Positions 9,701 through 16,114 are shown, counted from the stretch's first letter. The stretch: 64,000 nucleotides of DNA from an uncultured Acidimicrobiales bacterium (GCA_937925335.1 CALEWY010000019.1:15708-79707), one strand, 5' to 3'. Program-made: numbers and translations. The notes: generated by a model not told the origin, from the sequence alone.

Positions 9701-10553
9701 CTACCTGCCCGCAGGACTCGAGCTTTCGAGTGCTGACACCAACGGCTGGACGAGCACCGGTCCTGGAGTGGTCGAGCAGACCATCGCTGGGCCGATTCTG
9801 ATCGGTGATTCGATCACGATCGAGATCACGACAACCGTGCTCGACTCGTTCAGCGGCGATCAGGTCAACGTTGCCGAGATCGGTAGCGGTTCGGACATCA
9901 ACGGCGTGCCACGAGTCGACATCGACTCAACACCCGATGCCGACGGTGGCAACGACGCTGGCGGTGATCCGGCAGCAAACGACAATGTCGTCGACGGCGC
10001 CGATGGTGACGAGGACGACCACGATCCGGCGCTCGTTCGAATCCGTGAGGTCGATCTCACGATCGAGAAAGCGTTGACCTCCACCGCCTTCGAGTTCGGC
10101 ACCGATGTCACGTGGGAACTCTCGGTGACCAACAACGGTCCCGATCCGGATCTTGGTCCGATCACGGTGACCGACGTCTTGCCGGCCGGTCTCCGGTTCG
10201 TCTCGGCATCCGGTGACGGATGGACCTGCACGATCGTTGATCGCACACTCACCTGTGTGAGCGCCACCGGTGCTGACCCGGCCGAGACGATGCCGGCGAT
10301 CACGCTCACGACGACCGTGATCGGCGAGGCTGGCGAACGCGTCACCAACTCCGCCGAGGTGTCATCGACGTTCACCGATGTTGTGGACACCAACAACACC
10401 GACACCGACGACGGCGTCGTCACCGTGCGAGCAACTACACCGCTCGCCTTCACCGGCGGCAACGTCGGCATCCTCCTGGCGATCGCCCTCACCCTCCTGG
10501 GCGCCGGCATCTTCCTCCTCGGAATCCGCCGCCAACAGTCCACACAGGCCTAG
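762..10553 (+). CDS. Giant (3263 aa) cell-wall-anchored surface protein/adhesin built from many DUF11-like (conserved repeat domain) beta-sandwich modules, with an LAxTG sortase sorting signal
   Basis: GTG 762 (alternative ATG 783). Signal peptide MTQTRRRMIAVVAWLVLLIATPSAYIAGTAAPALA. Recurrent ...F.I.V.N.G...D..V.D.LP.G modules and acidic D-rich linkers. C-terminus is LAFTGG plus a hydrophobic helix (NVGILLAIALTLLGAGIFLLGI) plus RRQQ, a classic sortase substrate tail. Confidence 0.95.
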   Translation: MTQTRRRMIAVVAWLVLLIATPSAYIAGTAAPALAGPDDFTLDKSGPEDALIGELIEFTLTATGSQSADLYNISFRDVLPPGVEFVSGDPSPVVIADEPSPGFTTLVWENVSDLPTGSQSSVSYTVDTDPDTNPATLPVGTSFTNSAEAVGNSDAFVLPAIDPATGTFTGGFTGEADATTDTPIIAYRLEKIPLEGEILRGVHGNTMGTAGGGTVGTTYEIVVEGNPNYDSVNFTVSDTMNPFLEFLGCDNYYAADNTTDVPLNGAAIATEEWVGSGPVFSPPATPNCLTPTLVDTLPSGQTVVEWTFPTLAAGATETIEYGVGIAMRANCDTWPAGKPAAGGLTQGRNLDNNCGEPTNEHDMAPWPNPGLPELLGAAEEPLENVASTCGAYTQVTGPAYDPCQTDEAIVEQEDLRLGKSMVGSLQHSAALANTLTAEASEYRDFQDLTFRDLLPSGTCYTGTFLSDITAPPSDWATNDCPGAGSVVPTISIDGGAPIAAPATTVQELADGRFEIVWSFTTLAELGALSSDSTVSISFGSVVRTTYRAGFAPTTPVLSGDSLENTAEVYGPDFRTTENSNDEGIDDDPADETGNPDGDTASASIDSALPSIKKYVSVKSPGPLDQNTAPMPNTPADCAAQYGAITWEDSAGGAPTPTDVNLSEYGPGDLVCFALTADFPPGIDYGGVQITDLLPPGYTYIPGSAARITTSTTNVSPSGSIPADTMPGASVVSEADRKVVFDVGPVSNSGNSFVWVIGAILGPPGSNAPGDITLNQQKMTTVNTAGNVFQFRDMAGVIWEEPIVQIAKGVESITSISGDVDAPGPQGIDFDNSYFDDVPTAQEVEGAALVEFRLDIWNEGNRDAANVEVWDTIPPEFTCADISNISNGGVCAAGVITWPPTLTVPENFDSVSYRPAAGDFQTYTYDLTVPGNVAPGQFYLNEAGIRSYESESNLDSGVFTFYPEDNIDPTVTPNTADADDQAQLFTVAPTLNKTQWSGIDDAGNSSNGSLNRPADDATIGEIVQYQLSLTIPEGTTIYDGVLSDQIPAGMTWFEGSGLFDGAVSTLTPSIEFVDAGGLPVGNDDPCGDPTLADLLIAGAAPADGDTGEFELTFPCDYLNDTGSGDDILLLTFYLQVDDDPANQADPQTALRNRGQFSYGDELGNNQTPVNSNTVQIDVVEPNPEIVKTHTTPVPPNNSILPGGNAVWNLSVTNSSATAANVTTLHDLEIVDTVPLFATPLATPGGTPVTATGDTVEGPGGAIGIWDATARTITWTTATPWNPAATPHILDELAPDGGPIVLDFEVEFDSFIPSGQIIFNSAEVTGDSLSPEDPSNDPSDQDARPYGDSDGDFLTPVTPSLDKDVEPFGSPDVDDTTFTVGEPVEYSVTFTIPDGTVAYDATLFDTLPAGLTFDSFSNTGLGATPLVGPGCFSGSETAITGPLDPNDFGLINPTAGDPQVVAWFFGDVVASGEACEITVPYTVHVNDTSFDTNLLTNRAESAWNTRDEVDDSTVTTDLPPAYDDPSEFDLNPPPVTETITVVEPSLELDKDVALQPGATTIAPCDTTPGNDTSASNDPDGTPGTNPSGGVDGDGCDVEAGASMQYTLTLTSTGTSPAYDITVVDEVPPGIEPTLPIANGGVWDAGTREISWLLVGPIDPGDTFQLVYDAELSYDPALPFDSDDFLDGEDLTNTAGVPFFLGIPATEQVQIIADNPANDDLILYGSDPTADRGPVDPDDVTLEVHFPEVEIVKSAVAPSDETDARIGEPFTWQLVIRNTDSVASLYGVDATDTLPPGWTYIPGSATVTVDNPGPGTPTPVEPTCAADTGACNDPAALNEETLTWTDLISGTDALGPGETITITLQAIPQLDVLDDPIYYTPANLHTNDATTAGDDAAGNDSCCGGTPYEDDDSHDVVLNEFDLALRKTVFDLDPDPLRIGSEITFDIEVFNQGTVDAFDVEITDYVPAELTFLPSNNTAALTGNANAWGGSASAATLDIPFIAAGTSETVKIVLVFSTPPVAGSLIDNVAEISSADDDNDPGTPGPNDNDSTPDAINDDELEDDEIDENGVDDTTGDGIADEDDHDIASVTVFDLALEKTVNTIAPLPIGPTSVVTFDIEVFNQGSVAATDVVVTDYVQSGFTFAAADNTAAATGNAADWDGTDPLNPTLDVGSIPAGASVTVSIILAVDASSAPLENFAEISSFDDDGDPLTPPPGDIDSDADSTNDETPDDGVIDETGIDATGPTGDDEDDHDIAVIDIFDLALRKTINTVAPTPIVIGSLVTFDIEVFNQGSIDATDIVVTDYVKPGFVFNAADNTAAATGNAADWDGTDPLNPTLAVGNVAAGTSETATIVLEFTGTPPGGVLVNNAEISSADDDGDPLTTAPTDFDSTPDGTDSETPVDDEIDNTGGDEDDHDTALIDTFDLALRKTVLEAIPSPPVIGTAVTFQIEVFNQGSIDATDIVITDYVQNGFTFEPADNTAAATGNAEDWDGTDPLNPTLLVGAIPAGGSATVTIVLDVADASVFLTNVAEISSADDDGDPLTTAPTDVDSVPDAVNDDEVEDDEIGENGQDDTTGDGVADQDDHDIAVLSTFDLALRKTVNAIDPSPVTIGSLVSFNIEVFNQGSIDATDIVVTDYVQPGFAFRPADNTAAVTGNAADWDGTDPLLPTLAVGSIPAGSSVTVRIVLEVIGGAPMLDNAAEISSFDDDGDPSTPAPSDVDSTADATDDDVVENDEIDENGIDDETGDGLADEDDHDITTMPVFDLATRKVMASFAPSPLADGGLVTFEVEVFNQGSIDATDIVITDYIQPGFTFVAADNTALVTGNTEDWDGTDPLNPTLLVGSLAAGESITVSIVLQVPVVPTTPETFENHVEISSYDDDGDPLTTAPSDIDSTADAIDDDLVEDDETGENGRDDTTGDGVADEDDHDIATITFPFFDLALTKQLPAGAPTVVDIGDEVTFEITVINQGLMDATDVLVTDYLPAGLELSSADTNGWTSTGPGVVEQTIAGPILIGDSITIEITTTVLDSFSGDQVNVAEIGSGSDINGVPRVDIDSTPDADGGNDAGGDPAANDNVVDGADGDEDDHDPALVRIREVDLTIEKALTSTAFEFGTDVTWELSVTNNGPDPDLGPITVTDVLPAGLRFVSASGDGWTCTIVDRTLTCVSATGADPAETMPAITLTTTVIGEAGERVTNSAEVSSTFTDVVDTNNTDTDDGVVTVRATTPLAFTGGNVGILLAIALTLLGAGIFLLGIRRQQSTQA
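6513..10040 (+). repeat. Seven tandem coding modules of about 490-525 nt (about 165-175 aa) inside the giant gene; module starts at about 6513, 7029, 7536, 8025, 8535, 9045, 9569
   Basis: Each module begins FDLALRK/FDLALEK/FDLATRK/FDLALTK and contains IEVFNQGS(I/V)DATD(I/V)V(V/I)TDYV, NxAEISS(A/F)DDDGDP, DSTPD and (E/Q)DDHD. Long shared nucleotide runs such as (A/G)TCGAGGTGTTCAACCAGGGTTCGATCGACGC occur in three modules, with a one-base variant in a fourth. Confidence 0.9.
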
Positions 10554-10582
10554 CCCTACCACCACCACACTCCGACTCACTA

Positions 10583-10611
10583 CCGGCTGCGATCTCTGAG
10601 ACCGCAGCCGG
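10583..10611. terminator. 29-bp near-perfect palindrome/hairpin (CCGGCTGCGATCTC-T-GAGACCGCAGCCGG) 30 nt after the giant gene stop; likely an intrinsic terminator and copy 'a' of a REP-like unit
   Basis: Inverted repeat with one A.C mismatch, read directly. It sits between convergent genes (762-10553 + and 10775-11674 -). Confidence 0.6.
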
Positions 10612-10690
10612 TTAGCGGATGTACCTGCGGCGACAGGGATCCCTGGTTTCGCCACTGTTTTCGGGCCGCGCCCGCCACCGCGGGTTGTTG

Positions 10691-10760
10691 AACCTGCTGC
10701 GGTCTCTGAGATCACAGCCGGTTCCAGACCCACTGCGGTCTCAGAGACCACAGAGGGTTG
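10691..10760. repeat. REP-like block with two palindromic units (CTGCGGTCTCTGAGATCACAG and CTGCGGTCTCAGAGACCACAG) joined by CCGGTTCCAGACCCA
   Basis: The reverse complement of this block aligns almost base-for-base with 41874-41937. The shared core is CTG(C/T)GGTCTC(T/A)GAGA(C/T)C(A/G)CAG. Confidence 0.85.
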
Positions 10761-10774
10761 AGCGAGGGCTGGCG

Positions 10775-11674
10775 TTACGGCTCGAGGCCGAGCGCTTCTC
10801 GCATGTGGGGGCCCCATTTAGGTTGGGTGCCGTCGAGGTCGGTGAAGGCGAGGTTGGTGCCGTCGTAGCGTTCGACGAGTTCCCACGTTGCGGTGGCGGT
10901 TGCGGTGAGTTCCATGCGCTGTTGGTCAGCGGCGAGAGCTGCGATCGCTCGGCCGAGGTAATGGGGCGTCTCGGACCACGCGAAGTGTTCGTCCTGCTCG
11001 ATGGCATCTCGCCACGTCTCGGCCGTGACACCAAGGTGATCAAGCATTGCTTCGGACCGTAAGAAGCCCGGGCTCACGGCGATTGCTGCCACGTCGTGAG
11101 GACGTAGCGTTTCGCCTTGGCCGACCGCCAACCGGATCACCGATGCCTTGACCAGGTCGTAGAAGAGCGTGCCTCGGTAACGATCGGAGACACCGTCGGT
11201 CACCTCGACGAGCAGCCCGTTCTCGCTCTTGATCAGAAGCGGCGCCATGTGCCAGCTCGTGATGATGTGCGTATCGATCGCCTGGCGAAGAAGAGCGAGC
11301 CCAGTGTCGAGATCCTGTTCCCAGAACGGGTTCTCCCAATCGACCATCGGGTCGCCGCCCCAAACATCATTCACGCAGATGTCGAGGCGCCCGTGGTCGG
11401 CCCGGATCGTCTCGGCCAAGTGCGCAACCTGAGCCGTGTCACTGTGATCGACCCGCATGGCGGTTGTCGAACCGCCCGCTGCTTCGATGATTCGGCCGGT
11501 CTCATCGATGGTTTCAGATCGGTCCATGGCCGACCGTTGCTCGTCAGTGGAGCGGCCCGTGGCGTACACGTGGGCTCCCGCCGCCGCGAGTTCGACGGCG
11601 ATCGCTCGGCCTGCGCCCCTGGTTGCTCCGGTGACGAGTGCAACCCGGCCGGAGAGTGGATTGCCGTCGCTCAT
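10775..11674 (-). CDS. Short-chain dehydrogenase/reductase (SDR) family oxidoreductase
   Basis: MSDGNPLSGRVALVTGATRGAGRAIAVELAAAGAHVYATGRS (TGxxxGxG Rossmann motif) and YDLVK (YxxxK). Start trimmed to ATG 11674, which overlaps the upstream gene's stop as ATGA. The track ORF extends to 11938 through an R-rich non-coding-looking region. Confidence 0.85.
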   Translation of the reverse strand: MSDGNPLSGRVALVTGATRGAGRAIAVELAAAGAHVYATGRSTDEQRSAMDRSETIDETGRIIEAAGGSTTAMRVDHSDTAQVAHLAETIRADHGRLDICVNDVWGGDPMVDWENPFWEQDLDTGLALLRQAIDTHIITSWHMAPLLIKSENGLLVEVTDGVSDRYRGTLFYDLVKASVIRLAVGQGETLRPHDVAAIAVSPGFLRSEAMLDHLGVTAETWRDAIEQDEHFAWSETPHYLGRAIAALAADQQRMELTATATATWELVERYDGTNLAFTDLDGTQPKWGPHMREALGLEP

Positions 11675-13122
11675 GACAACACTTCGGTTGCTCCGGGAAA
11701 CGGCTCGTCGCCGTACAGCGCTTGTAGCCGAGCCAACTCGGCAACCAAGTCGTCGCGCACGGGCATCATCGCTGGTTCGTCGATCACGTTGTTGATCTCG
11801 AGTGGATCGGCACCGAGGTCGAACAGCTCCCACTCGATCGGGTCGGCCGGGCCAGCGGCGCCTGGCTGGCCGAGCGGGTCGTTGTAGTAACAGATGAGCT
11901 TGTGTGTCCTCGTCCGCACGCCGTAGTGGGCCGGGCACAGATGGGAGCCATCTCGATGCATCCAGTAGCGGTAGTACATCGATGTTGGCCAGTCATCGAC
12001 CGCTTCGCCCCTCAGCAACGGCGCGAACGATCGGCCTTGCACCGGGTCAACCAGATCCGTTGGCAACTCAACACCCATCAGATCGGCGAGCGTTGGCGTG
12101 AAGTCGACGTTGACCACGATGTCGTCGTTCGTCGACCCAGCTTCGATCTGACCGGGCGACTGAATCAGCAGCGGCATCGACAGCGACTCCTCGTACATCA
12201 ATCGCTTGTCGAACCATCCGTGATCGCCGAGGAAAAAGCCTTGGTCGGACGTGTACACAACGATCGTGTTGTCGGCGAGCCCTGTCGCCTCAAGGTGGTC
12301 GAGCAGCCGGCCGACGTTGTCATCGATCGACGCGACCACCCGTAGGTAGTCCTTGATGTAGCGCTGGTACCGCCACGAGATCTCCTCGTCGAGACTGAGG
12401 CCATCGGGCACAACCGCCTTCAGGTCGACGATTGGGTCGAGATCCATCATCCGCATCTTGACGGCCTGAATCACCTCGGCCCGGCCGACGAGATCATCTC
12501 GGAACGTGTCGGGCTCGGGGATGTCGACGTCGTCGTACATCGTGAAGTGTTCGCGGCTTGGCTCCCACGACCGATGTGGCGCCTTGTGATGACAAAAGAC
12601 AGCGAATGGCTGATGAGCCGATTGTGCGGCCGGACCGAGTTCGCCATCGATGAACGCAATCGTGTCGTCGGTGATCAGGTCGGTGACATAACCACCTCGT
12701 TCCACCACGACACCGTCGGCCTCGAGCATCACGGGGTTGTGATAGTGGCCCTGGCCGGGGAGCACCCGCCAATGGTCGAAACCCGCCGGGTCGGCGCCTC
12801 GACCGTGGCCGAGATGCCACTTGCCGATCATCCCAGTGCGATAGCCCGCAGCCTGCAACGCCTGCGGGAACGTCCACAGCGAGTTATCGAGGTGCGTGTC
12901 GAGGGTGGTCACGCCGTTTACGTGGTTGTACGTGCCCGTCAGGATCGCAGCTCGACTCGGAGCACAGATCGAGTTCGTACAAAACGCCGAATCCAATCGC
13001 ATGCCGGCAGCGGCGATGCGATCAAGATTCGGCGTCTGGTTGATCCGGCTGCCGTAAGCAGAGATCGCATGAGCGGCGTGATCGTCGCTCATGATGAAAA
13101 CGAGGTTCGGCTGGTTGCTCAT
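11671..13122 (-). CDS. Formylglycine-dependent (Cys-type) sulfatase
   Basis: MSNQPNLVFIMSDDHAAHAISAYGS...FCTNSICAPSRAAILTG (CxPxR FGly motif). Start trimmed to ATG 13122. Confidence 0.9.
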   Translation of the reverse strand: MSNQPNLVFIMSDDHAAHAISAYGSRINQTPNLDRIAAAGMRLDSAFCTNSICAPSRAAILTGTYNHVNGVTTLDTHLDNSLWTFPQALQAAGYRTGMIGKWHLGHGRGADPAGFDHWRVLPGQGHYHNPVMLEADGVVVERGGYVTDLITDDTIAFIDGELGPAAQSAHQPFAVFCHHKAPHRSWEPSREHFTMYDDVDIPEPDTFRDDLVGRAEVIQAVKMRMMDLDPIVDLKAVVPDGLSLDEEISWRYQRYIKDYLRVVASIDDNVGRLLDHLEATGLADNTIVVYTSDQGFFLGDHGWFDKRLMYEESLSMPLLIQSPGQIEAGSTNDDIVVNVDFTPTLADLMGVELPTDLVDPVQGRSFAPLLRGEAVDDWPTSMYYRYWMHRDGSHLCPAHYGVRTRTHKLICYYNDPLGQPGAAGPADPIEWELFDLGADPLEINNVIDEPAMMPVRDDLVAELARLQALYGDEPFPGATEVLS

Positions 13123-13165
13123 ACGAGCGGCTGAAGCCCGAAATTCGCTTGAGAAGCGAACGAGA

Positions 13166-13456
13166 TCAGTGAGCGACCTCACCGATGAGCATCTCCGGCG
13201 CAACGTTCGTGTAGTTCGCGACGTCAGCCATGATTTTGGCGCCGTGCTCACCCATCGCAGCGTTGAATGCGTCCTGGCTCTCGACGGTGGCCCAGCCAAC
13301 GGCGGCCCAGTTGCCGCCAGACATCGACGATGCACCCCAGCCCTTGCAGGCGTCACCAAGCGCATCGGCCAGCATCGGCATATGCGTGCTGGTGTAGTAG
13401 TCCATGTCGAAGGTCGAGTCGTCGGTCTTTGGATACAGGATGTGGACTGAAATCAT
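13166..13456 (-). CDS. EthD-family (TIGR02118-like) small protein
   Basis: MISVHILYPKTDDSTFDMDYYTSTHMPMLADALGDACKGW...NYTNVAPEMLIGEV matches the about 100-aa EthD-type pattern as I recall it. Start ATG 13456. Confidence 0.8.
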   Translation of the reverse strand: MISVHILYPKTDDSTFDMDYYTSTHMPMLADALGDACKGWGASSMSGGNWAAVGWATVESQDAFNAAMGEHGAKIMADVANYTNVAPEMLIGEVAH

Positions 13457-13494
13457 GCTGCTGATACTCACACAACCGAGCGAGGTTCGCACGC

Positions 13495-14955
13495 TCACGG
13501 CTTCGATCGGCTGGCCTTGATCGTCTCGACGAACGATGACTCGAAGCGGGCGTCGGTTTCCCAGGGAATGACATCGCTCGTCTCGAGGAACCAACGAAGA
13601 AGGGCATCGTCGAGTTGACCTTGGATCTCGGCATGGAGCGGGTCTCCAGCCAGATTGCTCACCTCCGCCGGGTCAGCGACGAGGTCGTAGAGTTCGGGCT
13701 CCTCATAGAGTCGGCGAACGTAGCTGAACTGTTGGTTGCGGACCGAGGCGACCTTGCCGGCGTTCACGGGGTCGTCTCGCTGGACATCGGCCTTTACCTG
13801 GTAGGCACCGCGAGCGGTTTCGAGCAGATGATGCTCCTCCGCGATGAAACCTCCTTCGGCGAAGGCGAGCGAGCGATGCGGCGCGCTGGCATCGACGAAT
13901 GATGGCCACAGGGAACGTCCGAAGTGGGTATGGACGGCTTCGTGTTCGGCGCTCTCGAGCACCGATGGTAAAAGGTCGATCATCTCCACCATCTCGGTGA
14001 CGGTGGTGCCCTCGCCGATGCCCGGACCGGCCACGATCAAGGGATTGCGCAGCAGCGAGTCGTGCTGACCGGACGGCCACTTCTCGACGAGACCGTGATC
14101 ACCCAGGTATTCGCCGTGGTCGGTGAAGAACCAGGTCTGTGTCCGCTCGGCCTGACCAGCGGCGTCGACTGCGGTCATGAGACGACCGAGCTGATCGTCG
14201 ACTCGGCTGACCATGCCGTGGTAGGTGGCAGCGATCTCAGCCCATCGATCAAGTTCGAAAGCTGCGGTTCCGTACGCCGAGCGAAGCTGGCTCATGTAGC
14301 GAGGCTTTCCCTCAGCGACCCACGGGGCAGGCGCTGGCATCGAATCCCGATCGTGCATCGAGAACCAGGGCTCCTCGGCCTCGAACGGCGGGTGCGGAAA
14401 GATCAGCGCAACGAACAGCACCCAGGGTTCCGGAAGGCCATCGGCCAGCCAATCGATGGCCGTGCGAATCGTTGCCTCGTCGATGTCGAGCTCCGGCTCG
14501 CCATCGACTCCCGCTCGTCGCCCGTGGTAGTGAGCGTTGAACCACGGATCATCTGGACCGAAGGGTCCGTGTCCGAACAGATGAGTGGGCGCGTGATCCA
14601 GACCACGTCGGTCCGTCGATGCGTCGGCGACCCCGGCCGCGAACATGTCGCCCCGTTCGCCGGCCCAGGCAACGTGGTAGCCGGCGTCTCGCAAGAGCGC
14701 GAACAGATTCGGTTCGTGGGGTTTGATGAGGTTCGTGAGGGTCCGATGTCCGGCGACGTGTGGGTACCAGCCTGTCAACATCGACACCCGACTCGGGCTG
14801 CAAACCGAGTGTTGAGAGTAGGCGTGAGCAAACCTCGTGCCCCTCGCTGCCAGCGCGTCGATGTTTGGTGTCTGAGCCATGGGCGAACCGAAACACCCCA
14901 CGGCATCAGCTCGAAGTTGGTCGGGCATGAACATCACGATGTTCGGTCGAGTCAC
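13495..14955 (-). CDS. Formylglycine-dependent (Cys-type) sulfatase
   Basis: VTRPNIVMFMPDQLRADAVGCFG...HSVCSPSRVSMLTGWYPH (CxPxR). I prefer GTG 14955 as start because the ORF start at 15030 would overlap the divergent gene starting at 15009. Start is uncertain. Confidence 0.88.
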   Translation of the reverse strand: MTRPNIVMFMPDQLRADAVGCFGSPMAQTPNIDALAARGTRFAHAYSQHSVCSPSRVSMLTGWYPHVAGHRTLTNLIKPHEPNLFALLRDAGYHVAWAGERGDMFAAGVADASTDRRGLDHAPTHLFGHGPFGPDDPWFNAHYHGRRAGVDGEPELDIDEATIRTAIDWLADGLPEPWVLFVALIFPHPPFEAEEPWFSMHDRDSMPAPAPWVAEGKPRYMSQLRSAYGTAAFELDRWAEIAATYHGMVSRVDDQLGRLMTAVDAAGQAERTQTWFFTDHGEYLGDHGLVEKWPSGQHDSLLRNPLIVAGPGIGEGTTVTEMVEMIDLLPSVLESAEHEAVHTHFGRSLWPSFVDASAPHRSLAFAEGGFIAEEHHLLETARGAYQVKADVQRDDPVNAGKVASVRNQQFSYVRRLYEEPELYDLVADPAEVSNLAGDPLHAEIQGQLDDALLRWFLETSDVIPWETDARFESSFVETIKASRSKP

Positions 14956-15008
14956 GCTGCCAGTGTGGCCCAACCGGTTCAGCTCGACAGCGCAAGTACC
15001 GTGGACGC

Positions 15009-16025
15009 GTGCTTCAGGCCCACTCCTCACTCGCTCAACTCGAAAACCTGCCGTCGGCCGGTCTCGGGCACTGGCCGACGCCGTTTCATCGCCTCGACCG
15101 GTTCTCCAAGGAGATCGGTGGCGACGTCTGGATCAAGCGTGATGACGTGCAATCGGTGGCCCTTGCCGGGAACAAGCTCCGCAAGTTCGATCTCGTTCTT
15201 GGCCAAGCGCTCGCCGATGGTGCTGACACGTTGGTGACGACCGGTGCCGCGCAGTCGAACTCGGCGCGAACCGGCGCGGCGGCCGCAGCCGCATCGGGGA
15301 TGGAGTGTGTGCTTGTCTTGCGCGGCGACGAGCCGGACGTCCCCACCGGCAATCTCTTCCTCGATCGCCTGCTCGGAGCCGAGACTCGGTTCGTCGGTGA
15401 TCGCAATTGGCGCGAGATGAACGCGATCGTCGACGAAATTGGCGAGGAGCTTCGAGCGAGCGGTAGACGCCCGGTCATCGCCCCGATCGGATGTTCGAAT
15501 CCGCTCGGCACACTCGGCTTCGCCCGAGCGTTCCTGGAACTCGATGCTCAACTCACCACGGCCAAAATCGAGCCGTCGTGCATCGTCCACACCTCAACGT
15601 CGGGCGGGAGTCACGCAGGGATGCTCGTGGGCCGGGCCCTCTCTGCTCGCTCGACACCACTCGTGGCGATCGATGCCGGGCAGCTCTTCGGCATCGACCC
15701 GCGAGCTGAGATGCTTGCGCTCGCACAAGCCGCAGCCGACCTGATCGATCTTGACCTCGGCCTGACCGAAGCCGATCTCGATATTCGGCTCGACTACATC
15801 GGCTCCGGCTACGGCAAAACGACCGACGCAGGTCGCGAAGCGATCGAGCTGCTGGCGAGAACCGAAGCTGTTGTGGTCGACCCGGTCTATTCAGGCAAGG
15901 GCGCAGCCGGGCTCATCGACATCGTTCGCTCCGGCGAGTTCGATGGCCCGGTCGTGTTCTGGCACACCGGCGGGTATCACGCGCTCTTCGACCCAGCCCA
16001 CGGCACCGGGGTCTTGCCCCGCTGA
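15009..16025 (+). CDS. PLP-dependent D-cysteine desulfhydrase / ACC deaminase family protein
   Basis: WPTPFHRLDRFSKEIGGDVWIKRDDVQSVALAGNKLRKFDLVLGQALADGADTLVTTGAAQSN resembles the PTPL...KRDD...GGNKxRKLEF...QSNH family signature. GTG start. Confidence 0.85.
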   Translation: MLQAHSSLAQLENLPSAGLGHWPTPFHRLDRFSKEIGGDVWIKRDDVQSVALAGNKLRKFDLVLGQALADGADTLVTTGAAQSNSARTGAAAAAASGMECVLVLRGDEPDVPTGNLFLDRLLGAETRFVGDRNWREMNAIVDEIGEELRASGRRPVIAPIGCSNPLGTLGFARAFLELDAQLTTAKIEPSCIVHTSTSGGSHAGMLVGRALSARSTPLVAIDAGQLFGIDPRAEMLALAQAAADLIDLDLGLTEADLDIRLDYIGSGYGKTTDAGREAIELLARTEAVVVDPVYSGKGAAGLIDIVRSGEFDGPVVFWHTGGYHALFDPAHGTGVLPR

Positions 16026-16114
16026 CGAGTAGGCATGCACGCCCAGGAATACGGGCCAGGAGTGAGAGAGACAAGCAGCTGGTCGACCAGCCTCCAGCCG
16101 TCAACCTCGAGGTG

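Noticed and set aside
10583-10760. Palindromic repeats considered as a mini-CRISPR array
   Set aside because: There are only three units, the spacing is irregular (about 83 nt and about 8 nt), no cas genes are present, and the same composite occurs inverted at 41874-41937. This is REP-like behaviour instead.
11675-11938. Long N-terminal extensions of several track ORFs (for example 10775-11938, 11671-13365, 13166-13594, 16115-17341, 22567-23610, 24685-25764, 36035-37300, 40755-40892, 44184-44366, 48680-51823, 54259-55287, 55268-56287)
   Set aside because: The extensions are R/P/G-rich, overlap the upstream gene, and precede an internal start that gives a canonical family N-terminus. That start often has an ATGA/GTGA overlap or a purine-rich RBS, so the starts were trimmed.
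14062-15237. 391-aa plus-strand ORF over the second sulfatase
   Set aside because: It is antisense to a gene with clear sulfatase motifs (CSPSR and so on). The product is R/G/V-rich with no recognisable domain.
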